Shown in pieces: positions 34,628 through 48,048 of a DNA stretch of 64,000 bases. The position numbers and the translations under genes were made by a program. This DNA comes from Mesotaenium endlicherianum (Eukaryota): contig WELA01000881.1 in assembly GCA_009602735.1 (NCBI GenBank), positions 62,001 to 126,000 of the forward strand, in the 5' to 3' direction. The notes below the pieces were generated by a model. The model saw only the letters and a program-made list of their open reading frames with translations. It did not search any database and was not told where the DNA came from. Numbering within the stretch: the first letter of the stretch is position 1; every line of letters begins with the position of its first letter.

Positions 34628-35907
34628 ATGGCCGATCCTCAAGACCAACAGCAAGCTTTCGAAGGAAGCCCTTCCTCTCCAAGACACCCTCCTCCAGCGC
34701 CGATGGGAGAGCCCACTCAAGAAAATCTGCAACAACAAGAAGCACCACAAGTAGGAGCACACCCTCCTCCAGCGTCAATGGGAGAGCCTACTCAACGAAA
34801 TTTGCAACAACAAGAAGCACCACAAGGAGGGGCACCGTCACATCCCGTGGCAGCCGCTATAGCAAAGTTGACCCCACCACAAGGAGTTCCCGCAAATGAG
34901 TGGGCAGCCTTCCTAATGACCGTCCACAACCAAGTGGGCTTGGCCACCTATGAAGCAACCGTGCAAGCGTCAACACAGCTATGGCTGCCGTGGCTGCCCC
35001 TATTGCGAGCAATGCTCAAAATCCAGCCCCGGCTCAAGCGCCTCCACAAGAGCCAACGAGAGCAAGGAAACTCATCAAGCCCGGCAAACCCGACACTTTC
35101 AACCCCGGGAAAGGTGCCAACCTGAATTTATGGCTCTACCAAGTGGAGACGTACCTCGCATTCCTTGAAGTACCCGAGGAGGACTACGTTCCCTTTGCCG
35201 TTACCTTACTTAGAGGAGCAGCAACATCATGGTGGCGTAACTATCAAGCGGCTGTATATCAAGCTATGGCGCACCCCATGCTCGGCCAAGAGCCCCCACC
35301 ATCATATGCAAGATGGGCAGATTTTCGTGAGGCCCTCAAGAAGCAATTCATGCCCATCAGTGCGGAGAAGATTGCCCGAGGAAAGCTCCACCATCTCAAG
35401 CAAACGACGTCCGTTCAAGAGTATACATCCAGATTTCACGCCCTCACTCTTGAGATCCCCAACATGTCTCTCGAGGAGAAGATTGACCGTTACATCTTTG
35501 GCCTCACACCCAAGGTGGCAAAGGAAGTGGAGTTACACGACTCGACGGACTTCTCAAACATCATTGAAGTGGCCCAAAAGGTGGATACCTTGGATTTCAA
35601 GCACTCCGTGCCTTCATCTTCACGGGTACCGACGACGCAGGTGTACGCAGCCCCTTCCACATCCGAATCTGGACCCACACCCATGGAAATCGGAGTTATT
35701 AAAAGGGACCCCGCGGCTGCCCGGAAGAGTGGAAGACCCTCCAATGACACTTATGATGCAAGAAACCAGCAAGGAGTGAAAGCAAGACTCTCCCCGGCTG
35801 AAAAAGAAGCTCTCATGACGGCTGGACTATGCTTTTATTGCAAGGAAAAGGGCCATCGTGCACTTTCATGCCCCAAAAAGTTGTCAAAAAACGGACAGCG
35901 CCGGTAG
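34628..35907 (+). pseudogene. gag: Gag of family B with one frameshift near 34970-34985
   Basis: MADPQDQQ... frame switches to the 34981-35907 frame. KPDTF, LRGAATSWW, PTPMEIG and [14 protein letters not shown] zinc knuckle. Confidence 0.88.
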
Positions 35908-38900
35908 GCCAGGAGCCTACCACCCCAAGACCCACTTCACGAGAAGGCAACACGCCAAGTGAGGTGGAGACCCCCGTTGAAGACGACGTTCCAGCCCCAA
36001 TGAGTTTGAGAGGTTACCTTGGAGGAGAGAAGGTCCACATCTTGGTGGATAGCGGAGCTCAAGGCAACTTCATTGCTGCAGATTTTGCCACCAAGCACGG
36101 TATTACTATGCGAACTCTTGACCACGACGAGGAGATTATGATGCCCGATGGATTCTCCTATACTACCCCTTCCAAGAAGACGTACCCCTTGGCACTCTCT
36201 ATCAAGTCCTTCAAGGATAGAGTAGTGTTCTCCCCCATGCAATTGGGCAAGTACGACGTCATCCTAGGGACGCCTTGGTTGACCAAGCACAACCCCCAAG
36301 TTGATTGGAGGACCGGTACTATCAAGATCAAGAATGACATCACTTCAAGAATCTGTATTTTGCGCGCAATCCAGAATATCCAGACCCAAGACATCCAGAA
36401 GCCGGCACACGAGATACTATTGTCCGCCCTCCAACTCAAGAGACTTGTGAGGAAGGGACACGAGCTTCTTTTGGCCTTGATCACGCCAAAAGACATCAAG
36501 AAAGACATCGAGAGTCAAGAAGGCAGCCCCGTTCCCAAGGAGATACAAGAAGTCTTTGAGGACTACAAAGAAGTGTTCTCCCCGGAATTGCCCAAGGGCC
36601 TACCCCCCAAAAGATTCGTAGACCACAAGATAGAGTTGGAGCCCGGAAGCAAGCCCATCTCTCGGCCTACGTTCAAAATGTCATACACGGAGCTAGACGA
36701 AGTCAAGAAGCAAATCAAGGAGCTACTGGAGCATGGCTTCATTCGACCTAGCAAGTCGCCATTTGGAGCCCCGGTGCTATTTGTCAAGAAGAAAGATGGT
36801 ACCTTGAGGATGTGTGTGGACTATCGCGCCCTCAACAAGATCACCATCAAGAATCGATACCCGCTGCCGCGCATGGATGAGCTCATGGACCGGCTGGTTG
36901 GAGCCAAGTACTTCACGAAGATTGACTTACGGAGCGGCTACCACCAGATTCGCATCGCAGAACCGGACATAGAGAAGACGGCATTCAGGACAAGATATGG
37001 ACATTTTGAGTTCATGGTCCTGCCATTTGGACTCACCAACGCGCCAGCAACTTTCATGACTATGATGAACACCATATTTCAGCCCATGTTGGACAGATTT
37101 GTGGTGGTATTCATCGATGACATCCTTATCTACAGCAAGACCCTTGAAGAGCATGCGAGACACTTGAAAGAAGTCCTTGAAGTATTGAAGCAAAACAAGC
37201 TGTTTGCGAAGGAGTCAAAATGCGAGTTTGCCAAACAAGAAGTGGAGTTCCTAGGTCTCCACGTGACTGCTGATGGCATCAAGATAGACCCCAAGAAGAC
37301 CACGGTGGTGGAGGAATGGCCAACCCCCACGACCAAGAAAGAACTCCAGTCATTCTTGGGATTTGCCAATTGGTACAGAAAATTCATCCAAGGCTTCTCG
37401 CACATAGCAGCCCCCCTGACAGATCTACTCAAGAAGGACAGGCTATATACATGGACCGAGAAAGAGGAAGAGGCATTTCAAGAGTTAAAGCGAAGATTGA
37501 CCACATCCCCGGTGCTCACACTCCCAAGTCCAAACCCAGATTGGCCCTTCCACGTCATCACCGATGCATCTTCCTATGCAATAGGAGCAATCCTGCTTCA
37601 AGACCAAGGCAAGGGACTGCAGCCCATCGCCTACGAGTCAAGGAAGCTAAATCCAGCCGAGCAAAATTATACAACCACGGAGCGAGAGGCATTGGCGATT
37701 GTACATGCCTTGAAGGTTTGGCGCTGCTACGTTGAAGGACGCAAAGTACTGGTCACCACGGACCACGAGGCGTTAAAGCACCTCCAAACGCAGCCGTATC
37801 TCTCAAGGAGACAAGCAAGATGGAGCGGATACTTGCAACAATACAACATCACGATTCAGTACCAGCCCGGCAAGACAAACCCGGCTGACCCCCTCTCAAG
37901 ACTGCAATTAAATGCAGTGATGGTATCCCTGAAGACAGATCTGGAAGCTCGATTTTCAGCCGCCTATGAAAGAGACCCTTACTACAAGAACGGAGAAGCA
38001 GCCTTGGACCCATGCAAGAAGCAAGAAGGCAATTATTGGGTGAGGCAAGATACGGGCCAGAGATGTGTTCCTAATGACTTAGACCTCCGGCTCTTGCTTC
38101 TACGAGAAGCACACGACAACCCTCTTGGAGGACACTTTGGAATCCTAAGGACCACGGGCGTTCTAGCTAGGACTTATTGTTGGCCAGGCATGTCTAAGCA
38201 AGTCAAGGAGTACTGCAGGAGCTGTGACACATGCCAAAGAATCAAGCCATCATCGCAAAAGGCGGGAGGACTCCTCCAACCACTACCAATCCCCGAAAGA
38301 CAATGGACGGACATCTCAATGGACCTTATCGTGGACTTGCCCGTGACACCTCGAGGCCATAATGCAATACTCACGGTGGTGGACAGACTTACCAAGATGG
38401 CTCATTTTATTCCCACGACGACTAAGGCTACAGCACCACAACTTGCAAGACTCATCTTTGACAACATCTTCCGACTCCATGGACTACCATCAAGAATTGT
38501 GTCAGATAGAGATCCAAGATTCACAAGCCATTTCTGGAAAAATCTCTTCAAGAACTTGGGTACATCGCTGGATATGTCTACTGCCTACCACCCACAATCA
38601 GATGGGCAAACCGAGCGTATGAATCGTACCCTAAAGACCTCTCTAAAGGCCTACGTGTCTACCCTCGAGCAAGACTGGGACATGTACTTGACCCCCCTCG
38701 AGTTTGCCTACAACAACACTACGCAGGCCTCTACCCAAGAGTCCCCATTCTTCCTCAACTATGGCTTCCATCCGACCACGCCACTGAGCTTCACGGCTGG
38801 CCATGATGAAGTACCTGCAGCCACAGATTTTATGGAGACATTAGAAGCAGCCCTTACAGCAGCGAAGAAAGCTCTACAACACGCGCAAGATGCTCAAGCA

Positions 38901-39494
38901 AGAGTGGCGAACAGATCCAGAAGAGAAATTACGTACAGAGTGGGTGACAACGTGTTACTATCATCCAAGAACATTTCCCTGAACAACAGGCCTGCCGGCA
39001 GCAAGTTCTCTCCCAAGTATTTGGGACCCTTCAAGATTATCCAGCAAGTCAACCCCGTTGCTTTCAAGCTAGAACTTCCCCAGACTATGCACATCGACCC
39101 CGTATTCCACGCTTCCCTCTTCAAGCCATATGTGCAACCCGACAACAAGTTCCCAGGACGTGTGACAACCCCACCAGCCCCAACAATAGTGGATGATCAT
39201 TTGGAGTACGAAGTGGAAGACATAGTGGCTATGAGAAATTTCAGGAGACAGCAGCAATACTTGATCAAGTGGAAAGGATATCCAGATTCGGAGAATAGTT
39301 GGGTGGCGGCGCACTACCTTGACAAAGTTCAGAGAAAGTTGAAGCGCTTCCATGCCGCCAACCCCCATCTTGGACCAGCCCCAAGTCTCTCTACTAGAAG
39401 CCCGAAGACTTCAGGGAGGCAGCCTGCCACCATCAAGAAGCAGCAGAAGACCCCTTGGAGGCAGCCTGCAAGAACAAGAAAGAGGAAAAATTGA
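35886..39494 (+). CDS. pol: Pol polyprotein (PR-RT-RH-IN-chromodomain), open frame, probably reached by -1 frameshift
   Basis: [23 protein letters not shown] and DDE integrase (SMDL, SDRD, GQTE), GPF motif and YEVEDIV...[13 protein letters not shown] chromodomain. Confidence 0.95.
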   Translation, partial: KKRTAPVGQEPTTPRPTSREGNTPSEVETPVEDDVPAPMSLRGYLGGEKVHILVDSGAQGNFIAADFATKHGITMRTLDHDEEIMMPDGFSYTTPSKKTYPLALSIKSFKDRVVFSPMQLGKYDVILGTPWLTKHNPQVDWRTGTIKIKNDITSRICILRAIQNIQTQDIQKPAHEILLSALQLKRLVRKGHELLLALITPKDIKKDIESQEGSPVPKEIQEVFEDYKEVFSPELPKGLPPKRFVDHKIELEPGSKPISRPTFKMSYTELDEVKKQIKELLEHGFIRPSKSPFGAPVLFVKKKDGTLRMCVDYRALNKITIKNRYPLPRMDELMDRLVGAKYFTKIDLRSGYHQIRIAEPDIEKTAFRTRYGHFEFMVLPFGLTNAPATFMTMMNTIFQPMLDRFVVVFIDDILIYSKTLEEHARHLKEVLEVLKQNKLFAKESKCEFAKQEVEFLGLHVTADGIKIDPKKTTVVEEWPTPTTKKELQSFLGFANWYRKFIQGFSHIAAPLTDLLKKDRLYTWTEKEEEAFQELKRRLTTSPVLTLPSPNPDWPFHVITDASSYAIGAILLQDQGKGLQPIAYESRKLNPAEQNYTTTEREALAIVHALKVWRCYVEGRKVLVTTDHEALKHLQTQPYLSRRQARWSGYLQQYNITIQYQPGKTNPADPLSRLQLNAVMVSLKTDLEARFSAAYERDPYYKNGEAALDPCKKQEGNYWVRQDTGQRCVPNDLDLRLLLLREAHDNPLGGHFGILRTTGVLARTYCWPGMSKQVKEYCRSCDTCQRIKPSSQKAGGLLQPLPIPERQWTDISMDLIVDLPVTPRGHNAILTVVDRLTKMAHFIPTTTKATAPQLARLIFDNIFRLHGLPSRIVSDRDPRFTSHFWKNLFKNLGTSLDMSTAYHPQSDGQTERMNRTLKTSLKAYVSTLEQDWDMYLTPLEFAYNNTTQASTQESPFFLNYGFHPTTPLSFTAGHDEVPAATDFMETLEAALTAAKKALQHAQDAQARVANRSRREITYRVGDNVLLSSKNISLNNRPAGSKFSPKYLGPFKIIQQVNPVAFKLELPQTMHIDPVFHASLFKPYVQPDNKFPGRVTTPPAPTIVDDHLEYEVEDIVAMRNFRRQQQYLIKWKGYPDSENSWVAAHYLDKVQRKLKRFHAANPHLGPAPSLSTRSPKTSGRQPATIKKQQKTPWRQPARTRKRKN

Positions 39495-42313
39495 CATTAG
39501 ACACTCTTCTCTTCTCGCAGTTTCTGGACAGAAAACTAAAACTGCTACTGGTAATAGGTCTCTGCATAATAAATTCTGAAAATTTACCTGGCTGTAGTCC
39601 ATGAGTAGCCGGTCATTTAGAGTCCAAGTTTGCTCAATTTGGAGCACTGGTGAGAGAGATATGATGCTCTAAGTAGAAGGGGGTCAGGCTGCTGGCATTG
39701 TTAGGGCAGAATATGCCTTCTGACATTGTGCCTTCCCCTGAACTTGGAATGCTCTGAAACTCAAGACTCTGGTAGAACATCTTACAGCGCCCAGTTTGAG
39801 ACTTAGTTTGCAGAATTTGGAGAAGTATAGAAGGACTTATGATTTTCAGAAGTTTCTGCACAGATTTGGAGGAGTGCCTACTCTCTCAGCTCTCAACGAC
39901 ACTCCAGAAATGAGAATGCTCTCAAATTTGGTGACCCGGTAGAGTTCTCCGACGCGGTCCGTCTGGCACTCGAATTTTCAGATTTGGAGCAGTTCTGTGG
40001 CCGCTATGAATTTTTGAATTCGTGGCAGATTCTGGGCCAACTTGTACAATTTTCTTTATCATTAAGGAGTAGGCTAGCCAATAAGGTCACACCACCTACG
40101 ACCTTGCCTAGTCTACCTTACATGTGTAGCACCTGACTTGGCGCCTTTGACTAGTCCTCTTCACATGTGTGGCATCTGACTTGAAACTGTTGACTAGTTT
40201 GCTCCACATGTGTAAGACCTGACTTGACGCGCCGAGACGTCGCTTTTTCTATCGGGGGGGTGATGTAGTGATTTGAGTTATTATATATTAGTTTGCATAT
40301 ATTTTAATGTTTTCAAATATATTTGGAGTAGTATTGTGTGGAGTCAAGTGTGAATAGGTACTCTAGTGACTTGGTTCATGTCCTTTGAACCTTCTAAGGC
40401 ATTTTCGAAGTTAGAGGAAAGACCTAGAAGAACTCCACGTGGCAAAAGTCAAATGTGCCATTTTTAGGTCAAAAGGACATGTGTACATTATTCTAGAAAG
40501 AGGTGGCAAGTTTTGGGATGTGTTGGGTGCCAACACATCAACATACACCTTCCTACAAATTACTTATGTAGCAAGTATATAAACAAGAGCTAGAACATAG
40601 AAAGACATTGCAGAATCACTCTTGTACTTGCCAAAATCCAGAAATATATTAACTTTCAAGAAGCCATCTCTCTTCAAGAAGCTACCACTTGTGTTCAAAG
40701 ATCCTTGTCTTGAATAGATAAAGTATTCTGTTTTACTAAGTACTTTATCTATCTGTTTCACTACATGAGGGTCTTAGATGAGTAAACGAAATTCATCGTA
40801 AGGGCAAAGATCGCTCCCTCATTTCACACGCTTCCACCTATCTCTGATCTTATATATTCAGATGAAATATTTTAATCTTGAGTAAGCAAGATTCATTACA
40901 GAAAGAGAGATTATGTGTTGATTAAGTGATCTATGTTCGTTTTAGTTTTGAAAATTATTCGAGGTTCTTCATCTGACATTTGATGTGGCAAAATGCGATA
41001 CACTGCTGACTTTATTACAAATCGTATTACAAATGCCAGCTGATGTGAGTTGTGGTGAGAGATCAACATCATGTGATATGTTCAGGATAAGTTCATCAAG
41101 CATGTTATTCCTTAAAGTTTCCTTTGATTATCTTAAAACAAGTAGGTATATTCTCCATTAGCATCGGCTTGCAAGACGAATGCGCTTCCAAACAATGCTT
41201 GTGACACGACTCTTAGGCGTACATAAAAAATCACGTGAACACACTCAAGCATGCCTGCTGGAGTAAATCATACTCCATGTGTGTTTATAAATAAGAGGCA
41301 GCGATACGGGAAAATTTCACACTGCGATACTTTCATTATGTATGTTGATTTGATGCGCTTTTATACGTACCATACCCACACGCATGCGGTGAGCTAAAAT
41401 TGCACATGTATGCACAATACACATGCTTGTGCACATGCACGAACGTACGCCCCCACGCACCCACGCTTGTGGATAAGCGCATACTTGCAGTATCATTCAA
41501 TGCTTGTACATTTCCTTGACGCCTTATCTTGCTTATACCATGTGTAAGCGGTTGCATGCATGCGTGCACCCATGCCAGCAATACAAAATCGCAAATTGGC
41601 ACATGCACGTTTTCCACCGCATATACACATATGCAAACACAAACCAGTCTCTACTTTAGCATGATGTTCTTCACAAACATTAAGCGCCAACTAGAACATA
41701 AATATCACACGCTGCATACATGGTTGCACGCACGTATCTATTTCACACGCCTGTACGCTGAGCACAAGCTCGAAAGTCGACCGTGTAGCTTGTGCCGCTC
41801 TAATATATATCAAGCCTTTTTAATACGTAGGGGAGACTGAGCTGGCTGCCGCTGGGCGGGCTCCTTTTCGTCCACATGCTGCTTGTATCCGGCAAACCCC
41901 TGGTACCATGTTCGGTTGCGTTTGACGATGTGGTGACGGGTTCATCTGAATCCGCACGCTCGACTCCTGACGAGTCTGACGAGTGACCGGTACCGCCTGA
42001 CGAGTTTTGTCACACATCGTGTCGAGAAGGTTTGGGCCAGTTTGGGCGAAAAAAGCCGAAGACAGGGTGTTGGCCAATATTTCTTCGCCAAAAAACGTCC
42101 AAGCCCTAAAATGCACTCTACGCGGATTTTGACGAAGAATTCCTGCTCAATCTGGGAGCATGGGTTGACCGACGACCACAAATACATACTACATATTCTC
42201 GAGTCGAGACAGGAGCGATCTCATCAAGATTCTCTCGTCTTTTATCGCGTCCCTTCACAGTAGGAGGTATAGAAGGACCACTTTCCGACACACCCATTCG
42301 TATTCAAGTAACA

Positions 42314-45300
42314 ATGGCTTGTATGTGTGAGCGTGAGGCTGGTGTGAATCATTTCTCTACTGTGCAATTAAATGTTGGTGAGCACCGCTGACCAGCTTGA
42401 TGATTTGCTACTCTCATTTGCTTCACTTGGAATGAGCTGCTGATTTCTAGTGCTTTCTGTAGTCTGTAACTGGTGATGGAATGAGTTCGCATAGAGTTTA
42501 AGCATTGTTCCATCCTGCAGTGGCATGTACCATTTGTGAGTACTTCATGTTCGCGTACTGGAGTACGTCAGCTGCGAGAACGCGGACTGGTTGTTATTGA
42601 GGTAGCCTTAGCTGAATACGTTTTTTTTTCCTACTCTGGTTTCGTTGAGAGACATGCAGGTGGTCAATTATATACGACAACAAGAGCTACACTAACCCAT
42701 AGGGACGCTGATTCTATGCTGGGAGCTATGTTTAGCGGCCGCCACCTTGTTGTCACTGAACGCGGAAAGGTACGCCACAATTGCGGCCCATTATGAGGGA
42801 GCCCTTCATTCCCGATCACGGCGCCACTAAACGCTTCGTCTGTCTCAGTTGATGCTCATCATTGTACTCATATATTCCACCTTTTTAAGTCTTTCCGTTC
42901 TTTTGACCTGCTGCATGAAGCGTCAGGGTTTGAGCACTTTCACATCTGAAACTTGTTTTGAAGGAATTTAATTTCGACCGGCTGCGTGAAGCGTGAGGGC
43001 TTGAGCACTTTCATATCTGAAACTTGCCTAAAGGCGTTTAATATCTTATATCTGTGGCTGGCCCAATTAGTTGCCACGTTGCAATACAAATTGAGTATCA
43101 AGGCAAACTGTATGCGGATTGCACGATTATCAGGAATATCTCCAACTGTGGCACATAGTATTGCAACTTGTCCCTTTTTGACGAGGTTGAGTTCACCCAG
43201 TCGAATGATTGTGAACGGTTTCATCCTTCTCTGAAATCTATATGTGTCAATGTCTACCGGTCTTACTTCACGCTTTCTCAAAGTGTCTTTTGTGTTCCTC
43301 TGGATGTGATAGGATTCCATATTCATTGACAGGGATGGGAAACATTTCAGACACGTGCTCAACTGGCTCAGAGATGGAGTCATTCCGCCCCTTGATAGAG
43401 TCATCTACCAGGAGCTTCTGCACGAGGCCCAGTACTACCAGCTTACTGTAAATGCTGCTCGCACCTCACTCCTTGTGCAGTAGCCTGAGACTTTTCATTG
43501 ACACAGGAAATACGTCTGGGGGTTTTGTCCATAAAGTTGGCCATTGAACAGCGTCTTTCCTTGAACCCCTTGCACAGATGTGTGGCAGCCATTCTGCTTA
43601 GCATAAAGTGCACCATTAGGGTAAAAATGGAGACCAGTATAGGATTGTTTTCACTTTGGCCCAGAAATGCTGAAGTTTCATACTTTCATGAGATGTACAC
43701 ATCGCTTACGTGTGATGCCTTACTTTCAGCTCAAGCTAGTGTGTTGATTGTTGTAAGCCCTCCTTAAAAAGTGATCACAGACCAACAGACCCTTGTAAAT
43801 CAAAAATGTATGTATGACGATGATATTGGTTTGGAGAGCAAAGATTGGAATGTTGTTACCTTCTTACGACCTCTGGAGTGCGTTTGCTGCGTGCTATTTC
43901 TGCATGCGTGGCCTATTTCTGCATGCGTTGGTTGTTGCTGAAGGGAGTACTTGAGTGTGTTGTACAGGGATTTATTGAGCGTCTGTCAAGCATGCTAAAA
44001 AATGCAAGCGTGGATGATTCGCAACCGGAGCTCACTCGGAAGGAGGTCTATTTTCAAATGCCACAAAAAATTTCAATGACGAACGTGACAATGAAGCTTG
44101 ATCGAGGGGTGCTTGATTTGTGTCCCAGGATGTAAGATAAGCATGTAAATACTGGAGACTTGTTGAGCCACCTGGTCACAGCACGATAGCTGGTTAGCCT
44201 TGTTTGCTCCTCTGCCGTTGATGGCAATCCTGGCAGCCAGCCAAGTGTGAGCTTTCTTATTTGTTGCCAGATGTTAGTTGACCAGATTGTTTTTGCTTAA
44301 TTGCGTGATAGAGCTTTCTCGTGCATCTTGTGTTTGATTGGTACCAGTCAAGGTTTTATCTCGGAAAGGTGAACCGTGGACTAGTGCGTCGCAATAGCAA
44401 GTGGCTGACTATCTGTTCACGTGGGTGATACTTAATGGCATGGCAGGTCATTAAGTGCCTCCAAAGCAAGAGGGTACGTTTGAGGGGTGTCAACATCTGT
44501 GGAGAAGACCTGTCCAAGCTGGTGAGCCAATGTTTGTCTTTTGTTCATCCTGCATCCACCCCACTCTGTCCTTGGTCCCTTTTTTAGGTGTGCCTGCTTA
44601 TGGTTTTAGGCTGGTTTTGAATAATAGTGTTGTGTTGTGTCGTGTAATTGTCACATTTTGCTTTTCAGTGCCCCCCATGTGCTCAACTGTATGTTCTGCT
44701 ACTTCTGACTTTTCTTCACCAGTCTGATTGGCAAACTGGAGCTCCACAGATTGCCATGTTTTTGCATCACCAAAGGTGTGCTTCATGCTGCAGATATCCG
44801 GTGGCTCAAAGAGACTGTTGTTTGTTACGTCCCTTCAAGCAAAGTAAACCATGTCTGAGGGCCCATAACTTGAGGAGGGATACTCCGCACAGGCAAGGAA
44901 ATAATGAGCAAGCACAAACTCCTAGCTACTCAAGCTAAATTGAAAAGCAAGAAGGTTATTAAGTCACACTTAAGCCTTGATGTGTTCAAATATTTGCACT
45001 TGACCTCTTTCCCCCAGTTCCCCTCCAAATCTTCTTTCACCAGTCCTACTTTGAATGTGGCCGCTGCCAAATTTGGCATGGACTTGAGCAGGACCTCACT
45101 GGAGTTGATCTCAGTTACGCTCGATTACATGGCACTTTCTTTTCACGTGCAAACCTTCAGTCTGCCCTCTTTCGGGTGAGCTTGATACTCATTCCATTCA
45201 GCGAGGTGCACTTTTTTGTTGCTGCCGGTAACATCCTGGTGTCGCATGCAATGGATAAAACCAAGTGCTTTCAAGTGTTTACTCAAGAAGGGGGTGTGTC

Positions 45301-48048
45301 TTTGCAACGTTGATAGCTTGTTTGTTTGTATTTTCATCCTCTGTATGGCTGCTTGATGTCCCCCTGCTTTGCATTTTGCTGAGATTGTTTACGTGCTCAT
45401 TTTTCAGACGCAATGCTCCGGCCTTCCGTATCCTGAAATTTTGTATGTGTCCACTGATGCTGGGAAAAGTTTACGTCTCGTATTCTGGTCGAAGCTGCAA
45501 TACGGGGTCCACGCAGCAGCACGACTGTGTATCATTTAGGCAGTTGTCACCCAATGCCTGTGTCCAGTCCGCTGTGTGCACGTTTGTCGAAGCTGGATCT
45601 GCTTTGTGTGCATTTCAAGAAGTGCTTCTTCTGTCTGGGTTTTGCAACATGGGTATGGTATCTTTGCTAGCCCAGTCTGGCATGGAGGAAGTATGTCAAC
45701 AGGGATTACTTGTGTATTTGTCATACTCAAGTGTCTCTGATGCTAGACATTTTAGAGGAAAGGTCACAAGCTCTCATATTGGGGATGGCACGCAGGAGGC
45801 GGATGCAGAGCAGGCTAATTTTCATAATGCATTTCTCAAAGAGTGAGTTCGGTTGTGCCTGACTCGCTTTGACTTGGCCTCCTTTGGAGGATGCAACTGA
45901 GGTGTTTTCGAGGTCATTGACTTGCACGCCAGTCCTATTTCAATGGTGTGTTTTAGTTAAAGGGTCAAGGCTCAGATTGCGTGCATTTGCTCCAGCATTG
46001 TCTCCTGTTTGTGTGCTGTCTCATAAAGCTGACATGGTCAAACGGCTGTAGTTGGATACTATTATCCTGATCTGAGATCATGTGCGTAACTGGGGCCAGG
46101 GCCTGATGGCTGCATGAGGCTCACATCTGCAGGTGTGACTTTGAGAGGGCTAATCTGAAGATGGCATTGCTGGCAGGCACCTCCCTGCTGAGCGCCAACA
46201 TGCAAGGTATGTCAGCAGGGCTCTCCAACTCGTCCTGTTAATTTTTGGGTACACGCCATGTTGTACTAGTGTCAGAAATGTGTGTGGGTGGCCCTCACGG
46301 TAGGTAATATGATGGCGTTGAGTCTGAGAAATTAATGATGGAGGGCCATGGTCCAAGGTTTTTGAGGCTTGAATGACAGTGGTGTCTTTTGTCTATTCGC
46401 TTGATTCAATGGTTATTTCTTGTGTGGTGGGCAGATGCATGCCTAGCGGGAGCCAGTCTCCTTGAGGCCGATTTACGTTCTGCTCACCTGCAGGTACTGC
46501 TTGATTGTGTTAGTCTTTGATGCTTGCGTGCTTGTAGGCAAAAGGGAGCTCCACTTGTAGTTATCCCTCAATGCTTTTGTGCCCCTTAAACTTGCAGGGG
46601 GGTGTTTCGACATCATGTTTATCACATGAATGCTACACCTATGCTGTTTTCCCTGTGTTTAAATAGTGTGGTTGATTAATCAGCTCGAGGTGATAGGTGC
46701 ATACTTAGGCATTAGTTTGTCACGCGTGTCCCCCACGTGGATTGCCTTAATGTATATTCGTACAGGGGGTGAGGCTGCAAGCTTGCATTCATGTAAACTG
46801 TTGTAAGGCAGCTTAATGGCCTTCTAGGTGCATCTTATTTTCCTCTCGGGTTGTAGAAGAGGATGCCTTTGTTGGCTGATGGGAAAGCAGGAGCCATAAA
46901 AAGTTGTTGTCGGTGGCCAGAAACAACAAATATGATGTTGTTGACTGCGGAGGCATGTGTTCCTCTTTGCTATTATGCCTGACCCTCCGCAGAATGCTGA
47001 TCTCAGCGATGCCAACCTGTCAAATGCCAACCTCGAGGGCGCTAATCTCAAGGTCAGCCTTTTTGCTTATGTGCTCGAATGCTGGAGTTAGGTTCAGGAG
47101 GTATGCTGTTTTTATTCAAGAAAAGCTTTGAGTGAGTGATTGTTGTTGAACTCTGTTCCTTCCTGATTGCAGTTGGTGGTTCCTGGCTCTTAAATTGACT
47201 CGTGGTTTTCATTATGTGGTGCTAATGGATTCGTCAGGGTGGTATGAGTGGTGTTACTGGAAAGCAGCACTTAGCTGAATATTCGTAGCACTTGTATCTG
47301 GTTCTTTAGTTCAAAACCTTGCGGTTCTGGGTATGTTAGCAGCTCCTTGGTCTGCGAACTATTATTTGGCGACTCTTGCCAGTACTGCTGGGTGTGGGAG
47401 CGGGCAGACTTGAATGTATAGTGACGTTCTCGGTGGGTTCCTGGCTTTGCAACGACAAATATATGCTCAGTCTAAAAAAATTATATAATTCGAGGCTTCT
47501 GAACGCAGTGTTCCATATGGTTTCTGTTTGCTGCTTTCACTATTTTTACACGTTTTCGTGTTCTGTGGCGTTCAAAATGGCGACACTTCTGTATACAAGC
47601 TCCGCATTGTTGCAAGACTAGCTGGAGCCATGTACATGTGCGAATGCTTGTCGTTGGTGATGGGACTACTGCACTTTAAGTGTTTGCTTCATTGAGAATC
47701 CTAAAGGGTTGCATTATTGACAGGGAGCATGCTTGACTGGTGCTAACCTGCGTGGAGCAAATTTGCAACGTGCTTATCTTCGAGATGTTGACCTGCGCAA
47801 TACAGTAAGTTTTGAGGAAATTCTTGCTAGTTCTTGCCTATCAATAGTACGGGTGTTTCTGTTGTGTGATATTGGCTTGTGATACTGGCTGCATCAAGTC
47901 CTTGTGGAGTGTTGTGCTCCACTTGCTTGCTTAAATGTGACTGGTTCGTTATAACCTATATAATATGCCTGAGAACATGTCTTTGAAGGTGCAGGTATTG
48001 GAGGGTGCCAACTTAGGCGGTGCCAATTTGCAGGGTGCTATAAGGTAG
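42314..48048 (+). CDS. FIP2: FH-protein-interacting protein FIP2-like (BTB/POZ KCTD-type domain + pentapeptide repeats), 12 exons, 306 aa
   Basis: Manually spliced GT-AG exons: 42314-42377, 42660-42769, 43313-43447, 43968-44045, 44447-44521, 45092-45175, 45796-45842, 46133-46206, 46435-46493, 46993-47052, 47724-47804, 47995-48048 (921 nt, in frame). Protein has VQLNVGG..YTTT..TL...DSMLGAMFSGRH, FIDRDGKHFRHVLNWLRDG, A(D/N)Lxx repeats and ends ANLGGANLQGAIR, as recalled for plant FIP2. Confidence 0.93.

Larger units (their letters stand above)
34088..40765 (+). mobile_element. Ty3/gypsy chromovirus LTR retrotransposon, family B
   Basis: LTRs 34088-34590 and 40264-40765 (TGTAGTGA...TCACTACA). 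PBS TGGTATCGGAGC at 34592-34603. G-rich PPT at 40254-40263. Gag plus an intact pol frame. Flanks TCAAG and TGAGG do not form a perfect TSD. Confidence 0.96.

Noticed and set aside
42915..43030. ~42-bp direct repeat in FIP2 intron 2
   Set aside because: A simple local duplication with no TIR or TSD and no evidence of function.
42940..45846. ORF-track calls in the FIP2 region (e.g. 42940-43404, 45265-45846)
   Set aside because: Intronic or antisense read-through. Only the short exon segments are coding.
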